Shown: in pieces, positions 24,777 through 32,884 of the stretch
Position numbering within the stretch: position 1 is the stretch's first letter
How the letters are laid out: each line of letters opens with the position of its first letter
Origin: a bacterium
Lineage (GTDB): Bacteria; Patescibacteriota; Doudnabacteria; UBA920
Length of the DNA stretch: 64,000 nt
Direction of reading: 5' to 3'
Assembly (NCBI GenBank): GCA_016699995.1
Contig: CP064996.1
Location: 412,330-476,329, forward strand
The notes under the pieces: generated by a model
Told to the model about the DNA's origin: nothing
The model's database searches: none
Seen by the model: only the letters and a program-made list of their open reading frames with translations
Translations under genes and position numbers: made by a program

Positions 24777-25821
24777 GCGGAATAAAATTCGAGTCGGATT
24801 TGCTTTTAGCGGCGCTTCTACCCGTTCCATTTTTTATATTGGCTTTTTAGAAGCTCTTAAAGAAAACGGTTATCCAATCGATTACATTGCATCGATGTCT
24901 GGAGCAACTATCGTAGCAGCCAGTTTTGCCTCCGGAACCATGGATAAGCTTAAAGAGATGGCCTTCAGCATTAACAAAGAAGTAGTGCTTGGCTTCCTGG
25001 AACGCAGCCGCAGCAAAGGCGGTTTATATCACCTTAGAAAAGTGGAAGAGCTGCTGCGGACTTTTACCAAAAATTATAATTTTGAAGACGTTTCCCCTCG
25101 ATTGGGTTTTGTAGCGACCGATATCGTGGCAGGCGAGGAGGTCGTGCTTCAGGTTGGAGATTTGGCCAAAGCCATTTGCGCGTCATGCACCTTGCCGGTG
25201 GTATTTGAACCGCAACCATGGGGCAACAAAGTATTAGTAGATGGAGGGATCATTAACATTGTTCCCGGAAATGTGGCGCGTCAAGCCGGCATGGATCTTA
25301 TTATCGGTGTAGATTTGCGCGCCACCAGGCATGTATTTAGCCCGTGGCAGATTTTTTTAAGAAAAGCCATTAACCGTGTTAAAAAAGTTCTATGGCCGCA
25401 GTTTGCTAAAAATTTCAAGGAAAGGATCATGAATCAATTGCGCCTATCCGAATTCTGGGAAGATAATTTTTACCTTGGACAGACTGGGCATAAGCTCACT
25501 GACCCAAATCTTCTAACCGTTATTGGGCGATCTTTGGATATTGCTATAGAAGCTCAACAGCGCGATAAGCATAGCGAAAATTTTGAGTGCGATATGTTAA
25601 TAGTTCCAGAACTAGAATTGCCATTTTGGAAGCGTAATCTATTTTTGCGCTTCACTCACGTGGATAACACCAAAGATTACTATTTGGCTGGGCGCAAAGC
25701 GGCAGAAGAATATCTACCAAAGATGTGGCAGCTGCTGAAGGACAAGGAAGAACAGGAAAAGGCCCGGGCAAAGCAACTGGAAACATTGTTTACTCAAACC
25801 GAAAATAACAAAACTAAGTAA
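24766..25821 (+). CDS. patatin-like phospholipase
   Basis: Oxyanion GFAFSGASTRS, nucleophile elbow SMSGAT (GxSxG) and catalytic VDGGI (DGG). Overlaps the murG stop and abuts the murC start. Confidence 0.75.
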   Translation: MQNKRNKIRVGFAFSGASTRSIFYIGFLEALKENGYPIDYIASMSGATIVAASFASGTMDKLKEMAFSINKEVVLGFLERSRSKGGLYHLRKVEELLRTFTKNYNFEDVSPRLGFVATDIVAGEEVVLQVGDLAKAICASCTLPVVFEPQPWGNKVLVDGGIINIVPGNVARQAGMDLIIGVDLRATRHVFSPWQIFLRKAINRVKKVLWPQFAKNFKERIMNQLRLSEFWEDNFYLGQTGHKLTDPNLLTVIGRSLDIAIEAQQRDKHSENFECDMLIVPELELPFWKRNLFLRFTHVDNTKDYYLAGRKAAEEYLPKMWQLLKDKEEQEKARAKQLETLFTQTENNKTK

Positions 25822-27240
25822 ATGAATTTATTACCTAACTCAAAAATCTATTTTATTGGAATCGGTGGTATTGCGATGTCGGCTGCTGCAGGCATCGCCA
25901 AACAAGCCGGTTTCGAAGTTACGGGCAGCGACAGCAAAGCATTATACGATCCGGCAAAGTCAGTGCTGGACGAATTGGATATCGATTACTTTATCGGATA
26001 CAGCGCCGAGCAGCTTAAGAACGCGCAGGTTGATGTTTATGTTGCTTCTGCGGGCGAGGATTTGTCGAATCCGGAAATTGCATACCTTCGTGATAAAAAC
26101 ATAGAAATTTATTCTCTTAGCGAGCTGCTTCATGCATTGGCCGAAGATCAATTGCGTATTGTTGTTACCGGAACTCATGGCAAGTCCACCACCACCGCGA
26201 TGCTTGGCCAGACTTTGCAGACCATCGACGACAGTTCATTTATGACCGGCGCAGTGTTAGCAGAGGCAAAAAGGAATTTTCATTATGGTACAGGTCATTA
26301 TTTCGTATTCGAAGGCGACGAATACAAGGCTCTGTATGATGATCCGACCCCTAAGTTTCAGCAATATCACCCCGATATTCTGCTTCTCACTAACTTAGAG
26401 TTCGACCATCCGGATGTGTTTAATTCTATAGAGGAGATACAAGATGAATTCCGTGAGCTGATAGATAAGATGCCGGACGATGGCATTGTGGTTTACAATG
26501 CCGACTCCAGCGATTTAGCCAAGGTTGTTCATACTAGCAACTTGGGACAGGTTAGCTTTGCCTTGGATAACAGCGCCGATTTTACCGTTTCTAACATAGA
26601 AACCTTGCCGGATAAGACGATGTTTACAGTCAATCGTAAAGATCCTGCATCCGCTGAATACAGCACAGAGCAGTATGCTATCAACGCCTTTGGACGAATT
26701 AATGTGTATAACGCTTTGGGAGTGATTAGTTTGCTGAGAACTTTAGGTTTTAGCCATGAGCAAGTGCAGGATGGCCTAGATAGATTCCGCGGCATCAAGC
26801 GCCGCTTTGAATATATCGGGCAAACCAACGGCGGTACAGGAGCAAAAGTTTTTGATGATTATGCCCATCATCCCACTGCAGTGAAAGAAACTTTAGCAAC
26901 CGCGCGATTGCGCTTTCCCAATTCAAAAATTTGGGCAGTTTTTGAACCGCATACCTTTAGCCGTACAGAAGCTGTGCTTGCAGATTTATCGAAAGCTTTC
27001 GAATCTGCAGATAAAGTCTTACTTGCCGAGATTTATCCGGCGCGAGAAAAGAAAACCGAAAATTCCATCACTGGTCAGCAGGTAGTTGAAGCAATAGCAA
27101 AGAACCATACAGACGTGCAATTGGTGGCAAATAAAAATGAAGTTATAGAGATTTTACAAAAGGAGCTTAGTCCGACAGATGTAGTAATAGTTATGGCGGT
27201 AGGCAGCTTTAACACGCTAGCTCTCGATTTGGTTAAATAA
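25822..27240 (+). CDS. murC: UDP-N-acetylmuramate--L-alanine ligase
   Basis: IYFIGIGGIAMSAAAGIAKQAGFEVTGSD and GTHGKSTTT. Confidence 0.9.
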   Translation: MNLLPNSKIYFIGIGGIAMSAAAGIAKQAGFEVTGSDSKALYDPAKSVLDELDIDYFIGYSAEQLKNAQVDVYVASAGEDLSNPEIAYLRDKNIEIYSLSELLHALAEDQLRIVVTGTHGKSTTTAMLGQTLQTIDDSSFMTGAVLAEAKRNFHYGTGHYFVFEGDEYKALYDDPTPKFQQYHPDILLLTNLEFDHPDVFNSIEEIQDEFRELIDKMPDDGIVVYNADSSDLAKVVHTSNLGQVSFALDNSADFTVSNIETLPDKTMFTVNRKDPASAEYSTEQYAINAFGRINVYNALGVISLLRTLGFSHEQVQDGLDRFRGIKRRFEYIGQTNGGTGAKVFDDYAHHPTAVKETLATARLRFPNSKIWAVFEPHTFSRTEAVLADLSKAFESADKVLLAEIYPAREKKTENSITGQQVVEAIAKNHTDVQLVANKNEVIEILQKELSPTDVVIVMAVGSFNTLALDLVK

Positions 27241-27264
27241 CTTCAAACTAATTGCTGTAGATTT

Positions 27265-28335
27265 ATGCAGATTACAGAAAACGCACAATTAGCGCCTTAT
27301 ACAACCTTTTACATCGGCGGCCCTGCTAGGTATTTGATCTTTGCCCAGGATGACAGTGAAGTTATTGAAGCTATAAAATTTGTGAAGAGTAAAAATCTAC
27401 CCCATCTCATTTTTGGCGGGGGCAGCAACATGCTGGTAAGCGATAACGGTTTTGATGGCGTGGCAATCCGCATCGAGAGTGTAGGAATGGATATTATCGA
27501 GGACTCGCCAGAATCTGTGACTTTAAAAATTGCCAGCGGCGAAGTATGGGACGATGCTGTTCGGTTAGCGGTGGAAGAGAATTGGTGGGGGATCGAAAAT
27601 TTATCGCACATCCCCGGCTTTGTAGGTGCGTTTTGCGTTCAAAACGTGGGCGCATATGGTCAAGAAGCTAGTGATGTGGTGCAGAGCGCTGAGGTGTATG
27701 ATATTGAACGCGATGAGGTTTTAGTCATGCCCGCAGCAGATCTTAATTTTGGCTACCGATCTAGTATTTTTAATACAACGCAAAAAGGCCGCTATATCAT
27801 TTTAAGCACGACTATAAAATTAATAAAGAACGGAAAGCCTAATTTATCTTATGGTGATTTAGCAAGCTATTTCCAAAATTTCACGCCATCGATAGAACAA
27901 ATCCGCGAAGCAGTAATCGAAATTAGAAATAAAAAATTTCCTTTTCCTTCCGAGCCGACAAAAGGAAATAGCGGTTCATTTTTCCGCGGTCCGCTACTGT
28001 CTAGAAACGAGTTTGTTCAATTAAACGAAAAGATCAAACAGAACTTTCCAGAAGCCGCAGATAAATTCGACAACATGGAAAACAAACTTAAAGTATCTCA
28101 AGGATACAAAACCCCAGCAGCCTTTTTAATAGATCTATGCGGTCTTAAAGGGAAAACAGTAGGTGGCGCAAAAATCAACGAAGACCAGCCGGCAATTATT
28201 TTAAATTTTACTGGTCATGCAACAAGCGATGATGTAATGACGTTATATAAAGAAGTAAGCTCCGTTGTTTATGAAAAAACAGGGGTAAATCTGGGCATGG
28301 AACCAGAATTGGTCGGATTCAAATCTGAGAAGTAA
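27265..28335 (+). CDS. murB: UDP-N-acetylenolpyruvoylglucosamine reductase
   Basis: FAD-binding TTFYIGGPARYL...GGGSNMLVSD and C-terminal MurB domain. Confidence 0.9.
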   Translation: MQITENAQLAPYTTFYIGGPARYLIFAQDDSEVIEAIKFVKSKNLPHLIFGGGSNMLVSDNGFDGVAIRIESVGMDIIEDSPESVTLKIASGEVWDDAVRLAVEENWWGIENLSHIPGFVGAFCVQNVGAYGQEASDVVQSAEVYDIERDEVLVMPAADLNFGYRSSIFNTTQKGRYIILSTTIKLIKNGKPNLSYGDLASYFQNFTPSIEQIREAVIEIRNKKFPFPSEPTKGNSGSFFRGPLLSRNEFVQLNEKIKQNFPEAADKFDNMENKLKVSQGYKTPAAFLIDLCGLKGKTVGGAKINEDQPAIILNFTGHATSDDVMTLYKEVSSVVYEKTGVNLGMEPELVGFKSEK

Positions 28336-28387
28336 CGTTATTTTCTGTCGTTGTTTGATATAATTAATGCAGAAAGGACAAATCAAT

Positions 28388-28720
28388 ATGAACATCAACA
28401 TCAAGGCAACTAATACCACCTTAACACCCGCAATTCGCAGTAATATCGAGAATAAACTAGAGGTTCTAAGCAAGTTTCTCAAGCCTGAAGACGTTATTCA
28501 TGTTGAATTAGCCGAAGACACTCACCACAATAGCGGACAATTCTTTAGAGTAGATATTCAAATCAGTCCTCGGGGTAGCTATGCAGAAGCTCGCGCCAAC
28601 GATTTTTATGAAGGAATGGATCTGGTTATTCCAAAAATTACTCAACAATTACGTAAAGAAAAGGAGAAGGGGATCAGCCTCCGACGAAGATTAGGCAACC
28701 TTTTCAAGCGGGGAGAATAG
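28388..28720 (+). CDS. hpf: ribosome hibernation promoting factor (HPF/RaiA family, short form)
   Basis: MNINIKATNTTLTPAIRSNIENKLEVLSKFL...FRVDIQISPRG...EGMDLVIPKI. Start after an AAAGGA SD. Confidence 0.85.
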   Translation: MNINIKATNTTLTPAIRSNIENKLEVLSKFLKPEDVIHVELAEDTHHNSGQFFRVDIQISPRGSYAEARANDFYEGMDLVIPKITQQLRKEKEKGISLRRRLGNLFKRGE

Positions 28721-28818
28721 CCCGATTTTAGGCCACTGGAAGCAGTGGTTTTTAATTTTCTTGCTAATTGCCTAAGTAGTGTATTTTAGCTATACTAAAC
28801 TGGTATTATTTACCCATT

Positions 28819-31563
28819 ATGTCTATATTTTCTAGAGTTTTCTCGTTTGCTTCATCTGATCCGCTGCAAAAGTACAGCGGGGAACTGGCAAAAATTAACA
28901 GCTACGCAGATGAAATTTCTAAATTATCCGACGAACAAATCCAGCAAGAAATTGCTGGCTTTAAAGCTGTCTTAAAAGAAATTACTGATTCGAAAGAAGC
29001 AGTTAAAAAGCTTGCCGAAATCCGCCCCCGTGTATTCGCATTAACCCGCGAGGCCGCGAAGCGCGCTATCGGCCAGTTCCATTACGATGTGCAAATTGTC
29101 GGTGGCATTACTTTAGCCGAAGGTGCGATTGCCGAAATGAAAACCGGTGAGGGTAAAACTTTAACTGCCACTTTGCCATTGGCTTTATACGCACTGGCCG
29201 GGCGCGGAGCACATATCGTAACTGTTAACGATTACTTGGCGCGTTGGCAGGCCAGTCTAATGGGTAAGGTTTTTGCCCAGCTTGGCTTGTCTACTGCCAG
29301 CATTCAGCATGAAGCTTCCTTTTTATACGATCCAACGTATCAGCCCGAACAGGAAGAAATCGAAGCATTAGAAAGCGGTACCCAAGGACTGGTATTAGAT
29401 GTAAAGCATATGCGCCCGATTACGCGTCGACAAGCTTACGAAGCCGATATTACATACGGTACCAACAATGAATATGGGTTTGATTACTTGCGCGATAACA
29501 TGGTCCAGTCTATCGAACATCTTCGACAGCGCGAATTATTCTTTGCAATTGTGGACGAAGTCGACAGCATTTTGATCGATGAAGCCCGTACGCCGTTAAT
29601 TATTTCTCAACCGGACACAGAACCGACTGATAAGTATTTTCAGTTTGCAAAATTAGTAGACCGTTTGCAGGAAGAAAAAGATTATACCGTAGACGAAAAG
29701 CATAAAGCGGCCAGCTTAACCGATGAAGGTATTTCTGAAATCGAACAGATTCTAAAAATTCCAAACATTTACGATACCAGCCAGGGCGTAACAACTTTGC
29801 ATCATATCGAACAGGCTCTGCGTGCCAAGACGCTGTTTAAGCGCGACCGCGATTACGTGATTCGCGACGGCGAAATTGTGATTGTAGATGAATTTACCGG
29901 ACGCCTGATGTTCGGCCGCCGTTATAGCCAGGGTTTGCACCAAGCTATTGAAGCCAAGGAAAATGTAAAGATTCAGCAGGAAAGCAAAACTTTAGCGACT
30001 ATCACTTTCCAGAACTTGTTCCGTTTGTACGACAAGCTTTCCGGTATGACAGGTACTGCTAAGACTGAGGAAGAAGAATTCTTTAAGATTTATCAGTTAA
30101 CAGTAGTCCAGATTCCGACTAATCGCGATATGGTTCGCATGGATCATTCTGATTTGGTATTTAAGAATGAAAACGGCAAGTTTGCTGCAATTGCCAAGGA
30201 TGTTAAAGAGCGCAACAAGCGCGGGCAGCCGGTATTGATCGGTACTGTAAGTATTGCCAAGAACGAATTGCTTGCAGAACACCTTAAAAAAGAGGGCGTA
30301 AAGTTCGAAGTGTTGAACGCTAAGAACCACGAACGCGAAGCTCAAATTATTGCTCAGGCAGGTAGCTTAGGTGCCGTGACATTGGCTACTAACATTGCCG
30401 GCCGTGGTGTAGACATTCTACTCGGAGGCAATCCGGTTGATAAAGAAGAAGCTGCTAAGGTGCGCGAAGCGGGTGGTTTGGCTGTGATCGGTACAGAACG
30501 GCATGAATCCCGCCGTATCGACAACCAGTTGCGTGGCCGTGCCGGCCGTCAGGGTGATCCTGGTTCGAGCCAGTTCTATGTTTCCATGGAAGACGATCTG
30601 ATGCGTCTGTTTGGAGGCGGCCGTATGCAGAGCCTGATGGACACTCTAAAGATTCCAGAAGACCAGCCAATTGAGGCCAAGCTGGTATCCCGCTCGATTG
30701 AATCGGCACAAAAGAAAATCGAAGGCATCAACTTTGATACCCGTAAGAGCGTGCTAGAATTTGACGATGTACTAAACAATCAGCGCAAGAGCATTTACAA
30801 CCGCCGCCGTCGCTACCTTGGCGGGCTAGAGAAGAGCGGCCAGGAAGACAAGCATATCCGTGAAGAAATTTTGGATATGATCAGAGCTGAAATCGAAAGC
30901 ATCGTTACCTTCAACATGGGCAGTCTTGATTTTGAAGAAGGTCTTAAGCAAGTTTTCCAATATGCCGGCAATATCTTAACCACACTCGATGGCAACAAGC
31001 AGGCAGTAATATCCGAAGCTCTCCAAAATGCTGCAGATCGCGACTTTGTATTAATTGACGAATTGAACAAATTGGCCGAGCAGGAAATTAAAGCTAAAGG
31101 TGAAGAAATCGGCGATGAGCTATACGACAGCGTACTGCGTTCTTTGATGTTGTCTTCCATTGACCGTTTATGGATGGAACATCTGGATACTATGGATCAC
31201 TTGCGCGATTCTGTTCGCTTGCGTGGCTATGGCCAGCGCGACCCATTAGTGGAATATAAAAAAGAGGGCTACACTTTATTCAAAAATTTGCAGGCAGAAA
31301 TCGACAAGAGTGTAATCTACGCTGCGCTGCGCGTAGGAGTTCAGATTCATAATGAAGGCGGCCAAACCCATCAGCATATTACTTTAGGCGGTGGTAGCAA
31401 TGATGTTTCTAATAAGAGCAGCGCAGCTCAGGTAGAGGCAGAACCGCAAGATCCGCGCGCAGCTGGTTTAGGGCGCAATGATCCTTGTTATTGCGGATCA
31501 GGTTTGAAGTATAAAAAGTGCGGTTTGATTAATTCTGTAGAACACCAAAAGAATTTGGCATAA
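28819..31563 (+). CDS. secA: preprotein translocase ATPase SecA
   Basis: 914 aa. DEAD-like motor AEMKTGEGKTLTATL and DEVDSILIDEARTPLIIS. C-terminal zinc finger CYCGSGLKYKKCG. Confidence 0.95.
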   Translation: MSIFSRVFSFASSDPLQKYSGELAKINSYADEISKLSDEQIQQEIAGFKAVLKEITDSKEAVKKLAEIRPRVFALTREAAKRAIGQFHYDVQIVGGITLAEGAIAEMKTGEGKTLTATLPLALYALAGRGAHIVTVNDYLARWQASLMGKVFAQLGLSTASIQHEASFLYDPTYQPEQEEIEALESGTQGLVLDVKHMRPITRRQAYEADITYGTNNEYGFDYLRDNMVQSIEHLRQRELFFAIVDEVDSILIDEARTPLIISQPDTEPTDKYFQFAKLVDRLQEEKDYTVDEKHKAASLTDEGISEIEQILKIPNIYDTSQGVTTLHHIEQALRAKTLFKRDRDYVIRDGEIVIVDEFTGRLMFGRRYSQGLHQAIEAKENVKIQQESKTLATITFQNLFRLYDKLSGMTGTAKTEEEEFFKIYQLTVVQIPTNRDMVRMDHSDLVFKNENGKFAAIAKDVKERNKRGQPVLIGTVSIAKNELLAEHLKKEGVKFEVLNAKNHEREAQIIAQAGSLGAVTLATNIAGRGVDILLGGNPVDKEEAAKVREAGGLAVIGTERHESRRIDNQLRGRAGRQGDPGSSQFYVSMEDDLMRLFGGGRMQSLMDTLKIPEDQPIEAKLVSRSIESAQKKIEGINFDTRKSVLEFDDVLNNQRKSIYNRRRRYLGGLEKSGQEDKHIREEILDMIRAEIESIVTFNMGSLDFEEGLKQVFQYAGNILTTLDGNKQAVISEALQNAADRDFVLIDELNKLAEQEIKAKGEEIGDELYDSVLRSLMLSSIDRLWMEHLDTMDHLRDSVRLRGYGQRDPLVEYKKEGYTLFKNLQAEIDKSVIYAALRVGVQIHNEGGQTHQHITLGGGSNDVSNKSSAAQVEAEPQDPRAAGLGRNDPCYCGSGLKYKKCGLINSVEHQKNLA

Positions 31564-31564
31564 T

Positions 31565-31596
31565 AAAAAACCTCGATCAGTTTGATCGAGGTTTAT
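31565..31596. terminator. bidirectional terminator after secA
   Basis: AACCTCGATCA-GTT-TGATCGAGGTT. Confidence 0.65.
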
Positions 31597-31832
31597 CCAT
31601 AATCGCCCACATTTGTCTCCCTGGTATGACATACTTCACAGTACCAGCCGACACAACCGAGCTTCCTAATACCTTCGTTTTTAGATCTGGCGTAACGGAT
31701 AATTCTTCTCATGAACGTTTGACAGTGGACATGAAAGAGTGAAATACCCCTAAGTAGTTCTCTATATTCATGTTCACCGTAGTTGCTCCCTTCCCATTCA
31801 GACTCAATTTCTGAATCTCTTTGATAAGACAT
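31593..31832 (-). CDS. small Cys/His-rich hypothetical protein (about 79 aa)
   Basis: AAGGAGGTAAT SD before MSYQRDSE. HVHC...CVGWYCEVCH suggests a possible metal-binding site. Confidence 0.4.
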   Translation of the reverse strand: MSYQRDSEIESEWEGSNYGEHEYRELLRGISLFHVHCQTFMRRIIRYARSKNEGIRKLGCVGWYCEVCHTRETNVGDYG

Positions 31833-31903
31833 ATTACCTCCTTGAATATCATAACAAGGTAACATATAATACATTCAACGTCAAGAGTGTATTAAGGAGG
31901 AAT

Positions 31904-32212
31904 ATGGCTTTAACAACAGAGAAAAGAATCAAGCAATTGATGATGAAAGGTCAAGAAGAAACCAAACACCTTTCTAATCCGAACGTCATTTTACAATCAG
32001 AGTATCATCAGAAAGTTAAGGAATTTGGCCAAGAGGCGATTAAATCTCTATTCCAATTATTGAAGGACAATGAAGGGTGTTCAATAGCAATTTTTGGTTT
32101 ACTTTCAGAGATACACGGCCGTGGGCCAATTATTCCGCTGGATAAACGCGGCAACATCACTTTCATCCGAAAACGATGGCTGCGTCTAGGCAAAGTCCAT
32201 GAGCTATATTAA
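31904..32212 (+). CDS. hypothetical protein (102 aa)
   Basis: TTAAGGAGGAAT SD, with a terminator hairpin immediately after the stop. Confidence 0.45.
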   Translation: MALTTEKRIKQLMMKGQEETKHLSNPNVILQSEYHQKVKEFGQEAIKSLFQLLKDNEGCSIAIFGLLSEIHGRGPIIPLDKRGNITFIRKRWLRLGKVHELY

Positions 32213-32242
32213 AAACCCGCATCTATGATGTGGGTTTTATTT
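32213..32242 (+). terminator. rho-independent terminator
   Basis: AACCCGCAT-CTATG-ATGTGGGTT followed by TTATTT. Confidence 0.65.
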
Positions 32243-32323
32243 CAAGTTCCGCTAATGTCATCAATGCCTCCATTAAAATGTTATAATTAGCTCTGACTTT
32301 GCAGATTATCTACTTCTAAAGCC

Positions 32324-32884
32324 ATGTCAATCAAGAAAAAAACTGATGAACTTCTAAAGATAAATAGGCAGATATTAAAATGCTCCGTATGTTTAAAATC
32401 GGCTAAAGGCCTGCTAGTACCCGGCGAAGGTAGTCGAAGTGCAGAGATAGTTTTAGTAGGAGAAGCCCCAGGCAAGAACGAAGCCGTCACTGGCAAACCG
32501 TTTATTGGCAGAGCAGGGAAGCTGCTCGACTCTTTGCTAGAGACAATCAAACTGGATAGAAACGATATCTTTATCACCAGCGCAGTAAAATATTTGCCTA
32601 AAACCTATATTACGCCCAAGCCAGCAGACATTGAGCATGGCCGTATTCATCTCTTTGCTCAGCTCGAAGCTATCCAGCCAAGAGTAATTGTCTTAATGGG
32701 CAATACTGCAGCTATGGCGGTACTGCACGAAAAGTTTTCCATTGCCAAGGATCATGGTAAATTTATTATACGCGACGGATTAATTTACTTTTTAAGCTAT
32801 CACCCTGCAGCACCTCTTTACAGTCCAAAGCTTAGGGAAATTATTATCAAGGATTTTAAGAAACTCAAACGGTATATCAAATGA
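32324..32884 (+). CDS. uracil-DNA glycosylase family 4
   Basis: LVGEAPGKNEAVTGKPFIGRAGKLLD (GEAPG motif) and C-terminal HPAAPLY. Confidence 0.8.
   Translation: MSIKKKTDELLKINRQILKCSVCLKSAKGLLVPGEGSRSAEIVLVGEAPGKNEAVTGKPFIGRAGKLLDSLLETIKLDRNDIFITSAVKYLPKTYITPKPADIEHGRIHLFAQLEAIQPRVIVLMGNTAAMAVLHEKFSIAKDHGKFIIRDGLIYFLSYHPAAPLYSPKLREIIIKDFKKLKRYIK

Noticed and set aside
30455-31160. Several 67-115 aa minus-strand ORFs inside secA
   Set aside because: Antisense to a conserved essential gene. Serine/arginine-rich low-complexity translations typical of GC-skewed antisense frames.
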